Of a DNA stretch of 64,000 nucleotides, positions 1 through 12,200 are shown piece after piece (the first letter of the stretch is position 1; every line of letters starts with the position of its first letter). A program made the translations under genes and the position numbers. The stretch comes from the human T2T-CHM13v2.0 reference genome, Homo sapiens. The notes beneath the pieces were generated by a model. It made no database searches. It had not been told where the DNA came from and was given only the letters and a program-made list of their open reading frames with translations. The DNA is taken from assembly GCF_009914755.1 (NCBI RefSeq), contig NC_060948.1, one strand, 5' to 3'.

Positions 1-511
1 AATGGAATGGGGTGTATTTGAATTGAATGGAGTGGAGTGGAGTGAACTGGAGTTCAATGGAATGGAATGGGCAGGCATGGAATTGAAAGGCGTGGAGTGG
101 AGTGGAATTGAGAGGAGTGGAATGGAGTAGGGTGGATTGTGGTGGAGAATATTGGAAAAGAGTGGAGTGGAATGGAATGGAATGGAGTGGAGTGGAATGG
201 AATGGAATTGAGTGAAGTGGAGTGTAGTGGAATGGAGAGTAATGGAGTGGAGTGGACTGGAGTGGAGTAGATTGCAGTGCATTGGACTGTAGGGGATAGA
301 AGTGGCTTGGAGTCCATAGGAGTGGAGTGGAATGGAATGGAATGGACTGGAATGGACTGGAACGGAATGGAATGGAATGGATTTAAATGGCAGGGAATCA
401 AATCGAATTGAATCATATTGAATCAAGTCGAATCGAGTGGAGGAAAGAAATCGAATGAAATCGAATGGAATGAATTGAATGGAGTCGAATGTCAACCATG
501 GAATCGAAAGT

Positions 512-3500
512 AATGTGGTAAAGTGGAGTGGAGTGTTATGGAGTGGAATGGAATGGGGTGACATGGAATTGAATACAGTGGAGAGGAGTGGAGTGGATTG
601 GGCTAGAGTGGAACGGAAAGGGAAGGAATGGAACTGAATGGAGTGGAGTGGAATGGAGTGGAATGGAATGGAACGGAATGGAACGGAATGGAGTGGAATG
701 GAATCGAATCACATGGAACTGAATGAAACCGAATTGAATGAAATTGAATGGAGAAAATGGAATCAAATGGAATCAAATCGAACGGATTCGAATGTCATTG
801 AATGGAATCGAAAGGAATGCAGTGAGGTGGGGTTGTGTGGAATGGAGTGGAATGGAATGGGATGAATGGAATTGAATGGAGGGGAGTGGAATGGAATGGA
901 ATGGAAAGGAATGGAATTGAACAAAATGGAGTGTAGTAGAATGGAGTGGATTGGAGTGGAGTGCAGGGGAGTGCAGTGGAATGAAGAGGAGTGCAGTTGA
1001 ATGGAATGGAATGTATGGAATGTACTGGAATAGAATGGATAAGAATGGAATGGAATGGAATCGCATGGAATTGAATAGAATCAAATCGAATTGAATAGAA
1101 TCAAATGGAAAAAATGGAGTCAAATGGAATCGAATGGCATAGAATCGAACGGTTTTGAATGTCAGTGAATGGAAACGAATGGAATGCGATGAAGTGGAGC
1201 AGAGTGGAGTGGAAAAGAGTGCAATGGAATAGGGTGGAACTGAATTTAATGGAACAGAGTGGATTGGAGTGGACTGGAGTGGAATGGAATGGGAAGGAAT
1301 GGGATTGAATTTAGTGGCGTGCAGTGGAGTGGAGTGGCATGGAGTGGAGTGGAGTGGAATGGAGTGGAATGGAATGGAGTGGAATGGAGTGGATTGGAAT
1401 GGAATGGAGTGCAGAGGAATGGAATGGAATGGTATAGAGTGGACAGGAATGGAGTGGAGCGGATTGGAATGGAATGGAATGGGATGGAACTGAATGGACT
1501 GGAATGGAATGGAATAGAATGGAATCACAGGGAATCAAATTGGATTGAATCGAATCGAATGGAAAAAATGAAATCAAATGAAATTGAATGGAATCGAAAT
1601 GAATGTAAACAATGGAATCCAATGGAATCCAATGGAATCGAATCAAATGGTTTTGAATGGCGTAAAATGAAATCGCAAGGAAGGCAGTGAATTGGAGTGG
1701 AGTGGAATAGAGAGGAATGAATTGGAATGGAGTGGAGTGGAATGGAGTGGATTCCAGTGGAGTGGAGTGGATTGGATCGGAATGGAATGGAATAGACTGG
1801 ATTGGAGTGGTGTAGAGTGCAGTGGATTGGAGTGGAGAGGAATGGAGTGGAGTGAAGTCGAGTTGAGTGGAATGGAATGGAGTGGAGCAGAGTGGAATGC
1901 AAAAGAATGAAGTGGATTGGTGTGGGATGGAATGGCGTGGAATGGAGTGGAATAGAATGGAATGGAATCGCATGGAAGGATATCAAATCAAATGGAATCG
2001 AACGAAAATTATGAATCCAATGGAATCGAAAGGATTCCAAAGAAGAGATTCGAAAGGCATTTAATGGAATGGAAAGGTATGCAGTGAAGTGGAGTGGAGT
2101 GGAGTGGATTGTTTTAGAGTGAAATGGGGTGGATTGGAACACCATGTGGTGGAGTGGAGTGTAGTGGATCGGAGTGGAGTGCCGTGGAGTGGACTAGAGT
2201 AGGGTGGAGTGGAGTGCATTGGAGTGGAATGGAGTGGAGTGGGGTGGAATGGAAAGGAATGGTATCAAATCGCATGGTAATGAATCAAATGGAATCAAAT
2301 GGAATGAAATAATGGAATCGAAGGCAAACGAATGGAATCGAATTGCACTGATTCTACTGACTTTGAAGAAAATGAAATGAAATGCGGTGAAGTGGAGTGG
2401 AGTGGAATGTATTAGGGTGGAATGGAATTGAATGGTGTGGAGTGGAGTGGAGTGCCCAGGAGTGGAATGGGAAGAAATGGAATTGAACGGAGTGGAGTGG
2501 AGTGGAATGGAGGGTAATGGAGTGGAATGGAGTGGAGTGGAGTAGAGTGGAATGGGTTGGAGTGGAATGCAGAGGACAGGAGTGGAGTGTGGTGGACTGG
2601 AGTGGAGTGGAGTTGAGTGGAGTGCATTGGATTGAAATAGAGCGGAGCAGAGTGGAATGGAATTGAATCACATGGTATTGAATCAAATGGAATGGAATTA
2701 AATCGAATGAAAAAACGGAATCAAAAGCAAACGAATGGAGTCAAACCACATTGGTTAGACTGACATCGAATAATATCAAAAGAAATGCGGTGAAGTGGAG
2801 GGGAGTGTACTGAAATGGGGTGGAATGAAATTGAATGGAGTGGAGTGGAGTGGAGTCTACTGGAGTGGAATGGAATGGAATGGAAAGGAATGGAATAGAA
2901 TGGAGTGAAGTGCAGTGCAGTGAAATGGAGTGGAAAGGAATGGAATGGAAAGAATTGAATCAAATGGAATCGGAATGAATCGAATCTAATGAAATTGAAC
3001 GCAAAAAATGGAATGAGTAGAATCGAAAAAGATGGATTCAAATGGCAACAAATAAAATTGAATGGAATGCGGTGAGGTGGAGGGGATTGGAATGGAGTTG
3101 AATGGAATGGGGTGTAATTGAATTGAATGGAGTGGAGTGGAGTGAACTGGAGTGGAATGGAATGGAATGGGCAGGCATGGAATTGAAAGGCGTGGAGTGG
3201 AGTGGAATTGAGAGGAGTGGAATGGAGTAGGGTGGATTGTGGTGGAGAATAATGGAAAAGAGTGGAGTGGAATGGAACGGAATGGAGTGGAGTGGAATGG
3301 AATGGAATTGAGTGAAGTGGAGTGTAGTGGAATGGAGAGTAATGGAGTGGAGTGGACTGGAGTGGAGTTGATTGCAGTGCATTGGACTGTAGGGGATAGA
3401 AGTGGCTTGGAGTCCATAGGAGTGGAGTGGAATGGAATGGAATGGAGTGGAATGGACTGGAACGGAATGGAATGGAATGGATTTAAATGGCAGGGAATCA

Positions 3501-3611
3501 AATCGATTTGAATCATATTGAATCAAGTCGAATCGAGTGGAAGAAAGAAATCGAATGAAATCGAATGGAATGAATTGAATGGAGTCGAATGTCAACCATG
3601 GAATCGAAAGT
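512..3611 (+). repeat. Eight internal sub-modules of one 3.1-kb unit (example copy)
   Basis: Homologous anchors ending in aatgcggtgaagtgg-like sequence at 512, 816, 1183, 1681, 2078, 2381, 2784 and 3066 (next unit 3612). Each follows an A-rich aatcgaat/aatcaaat block and precedes a GGAGT/GGAAT block. Confidence 0.85.
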
Positions 3612-6600
3612 AATGTGGTAAAGTGGAGTGGAGTGGAGTGTTATGGAGTGGAATGGAATGGGGTGACATGGAATTGAATACAGTGGAGAGGAGTGGAGTG
3701 GATTGGGCTAGAGTTGAACGGAAAGGGAAGGAATGGAACTAAATGGAGTGGAGTGGAATGGAGTGGAATGGAATGGAATGGAATGGAATGGAATTGAATG
3801 GAACGGAATGGAGTGCAATGGAATCGAATCACATGGAACTGAATGAAACCGAATTGAATGAAATTGAATGGAGAAAATGGAATCAAATGGAATCAAAACG
3901 AACGGATTCGAATGTCATTGAATGGAATCGAAAGGAATGCAGTGAGGTGGGGTTGAGTGGAATGGAGTGGAATGGAATGGGATGAATGGAAGTGAATGGA
4001 GTGGAGTGGAATGGAATGGAATGGAAAGGACTGGAATTGAACAAAATGGAGTGTAGTAGAATGGAGTGGATTGGAGTGGAGTGTAGGGGAGTGCAGTGGA
4101 ATGAAGAGGAGTGTAGTTGAATGGAATGGAATGTATGGAATGTACTGGAATAGAATGGATAAGAAAGGAATGGAATGAAATCGCATGGAATTGAATAGAA
4201 TCAAATCGAATTGAATAGAATCAAATGGAAAAAATGGAGGCAAATGGAATCGAATGGCGTAGAATCGAACGGTTTTGAATGGCAGTGAATGGAAACGAAT
4301 GGAATGCGATGAAGTGGAGCAGAGTGGAGTGGAAAGGAGTGCAATGGAATAGGGTGGAACTGAATTTAATGGAACAGAGTGGATTGGAGTGGACTGGAGT
4401 GGAATGGAATGGGAAGGAATGGGATTGAAAGGAGTGGCGTTCAGTGGAGTGGAGTAGCATGGAGTGGAGTGGAGTGGAATGGAGTGGAATGGAATGGAGT
4501 GGAATGGAGTGGGTTGGAATGGAATGGAGTGCAGAGGAATGGAATGGAATGGTATAGAGTGGACAGGAATGGAGTGGAGTGGATTGGAATGGAATGGAAT
4601 GGAATGGAACTGAATGGACTGGAATGGAAAGGAATAGAATGGAATCACAGGGAATCAAATTGGATTGAATCGAATCGAATGGAAAAAATGAAATCAAATG
4701 AAATTGAATGGAATCGAAATGAATGTAAACAATGGAATCCAATGGAATCCAATGGAATCGAATCAAATGGTTTTGAATGGCGTAAAATGAAATCGCAAGG
4801 AAGGCAGTGAATTGGAGTGGAGTGGAATAGAGAGGAATGAACTGGAATGGAGTGGATTGGAATGGAGTGGATTCCAGTGGAGTGGAGTGGCTTGGATTTT
4901 AATGGAATGGAATAGACTGGATTGGAGTGGTGTAGATTGCAGTGGATTGGAGTGGAGAGGAATGGAGTGGAGTGAAGTCGAGTTGAGTGGAATGGAATGG
5001 AGTGGAGCAGAGTGGAATGCAAAAGAATGAAGTGGATTGGTGTGGAATGGAATGGCGTGGAATGGAGTGGAATAGAATGGAATGGAATCGCATGGAAGGA
5101 TATCAAATCAAATGGAATCGAACAAAAATTATGAATCCAATGGAATCGAAAGGATTCCAAAGGAACGGATTCGAAAGACATTTAATGGAATGGAAAGGTA
5201 TGCAGTGAAGTGGAGTGGAGTGGAGTGGATTGTTTTAGAGTGAAATGGGGTGGATTGGAACACTATGTGGTGGAGTGGAGTGGAGTGGATCGGAGTGGAG
5301 TGCCGTGGAGTGGACTAGAGTAGGGTGGAGTGGAGTGCATTGGAGTGGAATGGAGTGGAGTGGGGTGGAATGGAAAGAAATGGCATCAAATCGCATGGTA
5401 ATGAATCAAATGGAATCAAATGCAATGAAATAATGGAATCGAAGGCAAACGAATGGAATCGAATTGCACTGATTCTACTGACTTCGAAGAAAATGAAATG
5501 AAATGCGGTGAAGTGGAGTGGAGTGGAATGTATTAGGGTGGAATGGAATTGAATGGTGTGGAGTGGAGTGGAGTGCCCAGGAGTGGAATGGGAAGAAATG
5601 GAATTGAACGGAGTGGAGTGGAGTGGAATGGAGGGTAATGGAGTGGAATGGAGTGGAGTGGAGTAGAGTGGAATGGGTTGGAGTGGAATGCAGAGGACAG
5701 GAGTGGAGTGTGGTGGACTGGAGTGGAGTGGAGTTGAGTGGAGTGGATTGGATTGAAATAGAGCGGAGCAGAGTGGAATGGAATTGAATCACATGGTATT
5801 GAATCAAATGGAATGGAATTAAATCGAATGAAAAAACGGAATCAAAAGCAAACGAATGGAGTCAAACCACATTGGTTAGACTGACATCGAATAATATCAA
5901 AAGAAATGCGGTGAAGTGGAGGGGAGTGTACTGAAATGGGGTGGAATGAAATTGAATGGAGTGGAGTGGAGTGGAGTCTACTGGAGTGGAATGGAATGGA
6001 ATGGAAAGGAATGGAATAGAATGGAGTGAAGTGCAGTGCAGTGAAATGGAGTGGAAAGGAATGGAATGGAAAGAATTGAATCAAATGGAATCGGAATGAA
6101 TCGAATCTAATGAAATTGAACGCAAAAAATGGAATGAGTAGAATCGAAAAAGATGGATTCAAATGGCAACAAATAAAATTGAATGGAATGCGGTGAGGTG
6201 GAGGGGATTGGAATGGAGTTGAATGGAATGGGGTGTAATTGAATTGAATGGAGTGGAGTGGAGTGAACTGGAGTGGAATGGAATGGAATGGGCAGGCATG
6301 GAATTGAAAGGCGTGGAGTGGAGTGGAATTGAGAGGAGTGGAATGGAGTAGGGTGGATTGTGGTGGAGAATAATGGAAAAGAGTGGAGTGGAATGGAACG
6401 GAATGGAGTGGAGTGGAATGGAATGGAATTGAGTGAAGTGGAGTGTAGTGGAATGGAGAGTAATGGAGTGGAGTGGACTGGAGTGGAGTTGATTGCAGTG
6501 CATTGGACTGTAGGGGATAGAAGTGGCTTGGAGTCCATAGGAGTGGAGTGGAATGGAATGGAATGGAGTGGAATGGACTGGAACGGAATGGAATGGAATG

Positions 6601-7950
6601 GATTTAAATGGCAGGGAATCAAATCGATTTGAATCATATTGAATCAAGTCGAATCGAGTGGAGGAAAGAAATCGAATGAAATCGAATGGAATGAATTGAA
6701 TGGAGTCGAATGTCAACCATGGAATCGAAAGTAATGTGGTAAAGTGGAGTGGAGTGGAGTGTTATGGAGTGGAATGGAATGGGGTGACATGGAATTGAAT
6801 ACAGTGGAGAGGAGTGGAGTGGATTGGGCTAGAGTTGAACGGAAAGGGAAGGAATGGAACTAAATGGAGTGGAGTGGAATGGAGTGGAATGGAATGGAAT
6901 GGAATGGAATGGAATTGAATGGAACGGAATGGAGTGCAATGGAATCGAATCACATGGAACTGAATGAAACCGAATTGAATGAAATTGAATGGAGAAAATG
7001 GAATCAAATGGAATCAAATCGAACGGATTCGAATGTCATTGAATGGAATCGAAAGGAATGCAGTGAGGTGGGGTTGAGTGGAATGGAGTGGAATGGAATG
7101 GGATGAATGGAAGTGAATGGAGTGGAGTGGAATGGAATGGAATGGAAAGGACTGCAATTGAACAAAATGGAGTGTAGTAGAATGGAGTGGATTGGAGTGG
7201 AGTGTAGGGGAGTGCAGTGGAATGAAGAGGAGTGTAGTTGAATGGAATGGAATGTATGGAATGTACTGGAATAGAATGGATAAGAAAGGAATGGAATGAA
7301 ATCGCATGGAATTGAATAGAATCAAATCGAATTGAATAGAATCCAATGGAAAAAATGGAGTCAAATGGAATCGAATGGCATAGAATCGAACGGTTTTGAA
7401 TGGCAGTGAATGGAAACGAATGGAATGCGATGAAGTGGAGCAGAGTGGAGTGGAAAGGAGTGCAATGGAATAGGGTGGAACTGAATTTAATGGAACAGAG
7501 TGGATTGGAGTGGACTGGAGTGGAATGGAATGGGAAGGAATGGGATTGAAAGGAGTGGCGTTCAGTGGAGTGGAGTAGCATGGAGTGGAGTGGAGTGGAA
7601 TGGAGTGGAATGGAATGGAGTGGAATGGAGTGGGTTGGAATGGAATGGAGTGCAGAGGAATGGAATGGAATGGTATAGAGTGGACAGGAATGGAGTGGAG
7701 TGGATTGGAATGGAATGGAATGGAATGGAACTGAATGGACTGGAATGGAAAGGAATAGAATGGAATCACAGGGAATCAAATTGGATTGAATCGAATCGAA
7801 TGGAAAAAATGAAATCAAATGAAATTGAATGGAATCGAAATGAATGTAAACAATGGAATCCAATGGAATCCAATGGAATCGAATCAAATGGTTTGGAATG
7901 GCGTAAAATGAAATCGCAAGGAAGGCAGTGAATTGGAGTGGAGTGGAATA
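2690..7950 (+). repeat. Near-identical adjacent unit pair (offset 3121 bp)
   Basis: Private alleles shared by ~2690-4830 and ~5810-7950: gagttgattgc, aatcgatttg, gcgttcagtgg..gtagcat, gagtgggttgg. ORFs 2986/6107, 3038/6159 and 3239/6360 are identical. Confidence 0.85.
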
Positions 7951-9249
7951 GAGAGGAATGAATTGGAATGGAGTGGAGTGGAATGGAGTGGATTCCAGTG
8001 GAGTGGAGTGGATTGGATTGGAATGGAATGGAATAGACTGGATTGGAGTGGTGTAGAGGGCAGTGGATTGGAGTGGAGAGGAATGGAGTGGATTGAAGTC
8101 GAGTTGAGTGGAATGGAATGGAGTGGAGCAGAGTGGAATGCAAAAGAATGAAGTGGATTGGTGTGGAATGGAATGGCGTGGAATGGAGTGGAATAGAATG
8201 GAATGGAATCGCATGGAAGGATATCAAATCAAATGGAATCGAACGAACATTATGAATCCAATGGAATCGAAAGGATTCCAAAGGAACGGATTCTTAAGGC
8301 ATTTAATGGAATGGAAAGGTATGCAGTGAAGTGGAGTGGAGTGGAGTGGATTGTTTTAGAGTGAAATGGGGTGGATTGGAACACTATGTGGTGGAGTGGA
8401 GTGTAGTGGATCGGAGTGGAGTGCCGTGGAGTGGACTAGAGTGGGGTGGAGTGGAGTGCATTGGAGTGGAATGGAGTGGAGTGGGGTGGAATGGAATGGA
8501 ATGGCATCAAATGGCATGGTAATGAATCAAATGGAATCAAATGGAATGAAATAATGGAATCGAAGGCAAACGAATGGAATCGAATTGCACTGATTCTACT
8601 GACTTCGAAGAAAATGAAATGAAATGCGGTGAAGTGGAGTGGAGTGGAATGTATTAGGGTGGAATGGAATTGAATGGTGTGGAGTGTAGTGGAGTGCCCA
8701 GGAGTGGAATGGGAAGAAATGGAATTGAACGGAGTGGAGTGGATTGGAATGGAGGGTAATGGAGTGGAATGGAGTGGAGTGGAGTAGAGTGGAATGGGTT
8801 GGAGTGGAATGCAGAGGACAGGAGTGGAGTGTGGTGGACTGGAGTGCAGTGGAGTTGAGTGGAGTGGATTGGATTGAAATAGAGCGGAGCAGAGTGGAAT
8901 GGAATTGAATCACATGGTATTGAATCAAATCGAATGGAATTAAATCGAATGAAAAAACGGAATCAAAAGCAAACGAATGGAGTCAAACCACATTGGTTAG
9001 ACTGACATCGAATAATATCAAAAGAAATGCGGTGAAGTGGAGGGGAGTGTACTGAAATGGGGTGGAATGAAATTGAATGGAGTGGAGTGGAGTGGAGTCT
9101 ACTGGAGTGGAATGGAATGGAATGGAAAGGAATGGAATGGAATGGAAAGGAATCGAATAGAATGGAGTGAAGTGCAGTGCAGTGAAATGGAGTGGAAAGG
9201 AATGGAATGGGAAGAATTGAATCAAATGGAATCGAAGGGAATCGAATCT

Positions 9250-12200
9250 AATGAAATTGAATGCAAAAAATTGAATGAGTAGAATCGAAAAAGATGGATT
9301 CAAATGGCAACAAATAAAATTGAATGGAATGCGGTGAGGTGGAGGGGATTGGAATGGAGTTGAATGGAATGTGGTGTAATTGAATTGAATGGAGTGGAGT
9401 GGAGTGAACTGGAGTGGAATGGAATGGAATGGGCAGGCATGGAATTGAAAGGCGTGGAGTGGAGTGGAATTGAGAGGAGTGGAATGGAATAGGGTGGATT
9501 GTGGTGGAGAATAATGGAAAAGAGTGGAGTGGAATGGAACGGAATGGAGTGGAGTGGAATGGAATGGAATTGAGTGAAGTGGAGTGTAGTGGAATGGAGA
9601 GTAATGGAGTGGAGTGGACTGGAGTGGAGTAGATTGCAGTGCATTGGACTGTAGGGGATAGAAGTGGCTTGGAGTCCATAGGAGTGGAGTGGAATGGAAT
9701 GGAATGGAGTGGAATGGACTGGAACGGAATGGAATGGAATGGATTTAAATGGCAGGGAATCAAATCGAATTGAATCATATTGAATCAAGTCGAATCGAGT
9801 GGAGGAAAGAAATCGAATGAAATCGAATGGAATGAATTGAATGGAGTCGAATGTCAACCATGGAATCGAAAGTAATGTGGTAAAGTGGAGTGGAGTGGAG
9901 TGTTATGGAGTGGAATGGAATGGGGTGATATGGAATTGAATACAGTGGAGAGGATTGGAGTGGATTGGGCTAGAGTTGAACGGAAAGGGAATGAATGGAA
10001 CTAAATGGAGTGGAGTGGAATGGAGTGGAATGGAATGGAATGGAATGGAATGGAATGGAACGGAATGGAGTGGAATGGAATCGAATCACATGGAACTGAA
10101 TGAAACCGAATTGAATGAAATTCAATGGAGAAAATGGAATCAAATGGAATCAAATCGATCGGATTTGAATGTCATTGAATGGAATCGAAAGGAATGCAGT
10201 GAGGTGGGGTTGAGTGGAATGGAGTGGAATGGAATGGGATGAATGGAATTGAATGGAGTGGAGTGGAATGGAATGGAATGGAAAGGACTGGAATTGAACA
10301 AAATGGAGTGTAGTAGAATGGAGTGGATTGGAGTGGAGTGCAGGGGAGTGCAGTGGAATGAAGGGGAGTGTAGTTGAATGGAATGGAATGTATGGAATGT
10401 ACTGGAATAGAATGGATAAGAAAGGAATGGAATGGAATCGCATGGAATTGAATAGAATCAAATCGAATTGAATAGAATCAAATGGAAAAAATGGAGTCAA
10501 ATGGAATCGAATGGCATAGAATCGAACGGTTTTGAATGGCAGTTAATTGGAACGAATGGAATGCGATGAAGTGGAGCAGAGTGGAGTGGAAAGGAGTGCA
10601 ATGGAATAGGGTGGAACTGAGTTTAATGGAACAGAGTGGATTGGAGTGGACTGGAGTGGAATGGAATGGGAAGGAATGGGATTGAAAGGAGTGGCGTGCA
10701 GTGGAGTGGAGTGGCATGGAGTGGAGTGGAGTGGAATGGAGTGGAATGGAATGGAGTGGAATGGAGTGGATTGGAATGGAATGGAGTGTAGAGGAATGGA
10801 ATGGAATGGTATAGAGTGGACAGGAATGGAGTGGAGTGGATTGGAATGGAATGGAATGGAATGGAATGGAACTGAATGGACTGGAATGGAATGGAATAGA
10901 ATGGAATCACAGGGAATCAAATTGGATTGAATCGAATCGAATGGAAAAAATGAAATCAAATGAAATTGAATGGAATCGAAATGAATGTAAACAATGGAAT
11001 CCAATGGAATCCAATGGAATCGAATCAAATGGTTTTGAATGGCGTAAAATGAAATCGCAAGGAAGGCAGTGAATTGGAGTGGAGTGGAATAGAGAGGAAT
11101 GAATTGGAATGGAGTGGAGTGGAATGGAGTGGATTCCAGTGGAGTGGAGTGGATTGGATCGGAATGGAATGGAATAGACTGGATTGGAGTGGTGTAGAGT
11201 GCAGTGGATTGGAGTGGAGAGGAATGGAGTGGAGAGAAGTCGAGTTGAGTGGAATGGAATGGAGTGGAGCAGAGTGGAATGCAAAAGAATGAAGTGGATT
11301 GGTGTGGAATGGAATGGCGTGGAATGGAGTGGAATAGAATGGAATGGAATCGCATGGAAGGATATCAAATCAAATGGAATCGAACGAAAATTATGAATCC
11401 AATGGAATCGAAAGGATTCCAAAGAAGAGATTCGAAAGGCATTTAATGGAATGGAAAGGTATGCAGTGAAGTGGAGTGGAGTGGAGTGGATTGTTTTAGA
11501 GTGAAATGGGGTGGATTGGAACACTATGTGGTGGAGTGGAGTGTAGTGGATCGGAGTGGAGTGCCGTGGAGTGGACTAGAGTAGGGTGGAGTGGAGTGCA
11601 TTGGAGTGGAATGGAGTGGAGTGGGGTGGAATGGAAAGGAATGGTATCAAATCGCATGGTAATGAATCAAATGGAATCAAATGGAATGAAATAATGGAAT
11701 CGAAGGCAAACGAATGGAATCGAATTGCACTGATTCTACTGACTTCGAAGAAAATGAAATGAAATGCGGTGAAGTGGAGTGGAGTGGAATGTATTAGGGT
11801 GGAATGGAATTGAATGGTGTGGAGTGGAGTGGAGTGCCCAGGAGTGGAATGGGAAGAAATGGAATTGAACGGAGTGGAGTGGAGTGGAATGGAGGGTAAT
11901 GGAGTGGAATGGAGTGGAGTGGAGTAGAGTGGAATGGGTTGGAGTGGAATGCAGAGGACAGGAGTGGAGTGTGGTGGACTGGAGTTGAGTGGAGTTGAGT
12001 GGAGTGCATTGGATTGAAATAGAGCGGAGCAGAGTGGAATGGAATTGAATCACATGGTACTGAATCAAATCGAATGGAATTAAATCGAATGAAAAAACGG
12101 AATCAAAAGCAAACGAATGGAGTCAAACCACATTGGTTAGACTGACATCGAATAATATCAAAAGAAATGCGGTGAAGTGGAGGGGAGTGTACTGAAATGG

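Noticed and set aside
2412-2420. ttaggg telomere-like hexamer once per unit
   Set aside because: It is a single isolated hexamer derived from degenerate pentamers, not a tandem telomeric tract.
512-3611. Conserved ~47-bp anchors separated by variable sequence, superficially CRISPR-like
   Set aside because: The intervening sequence is 250-500 bp of satellite, the anchors are degenerate pentamer derivatives, and there are no cas genes or leader.
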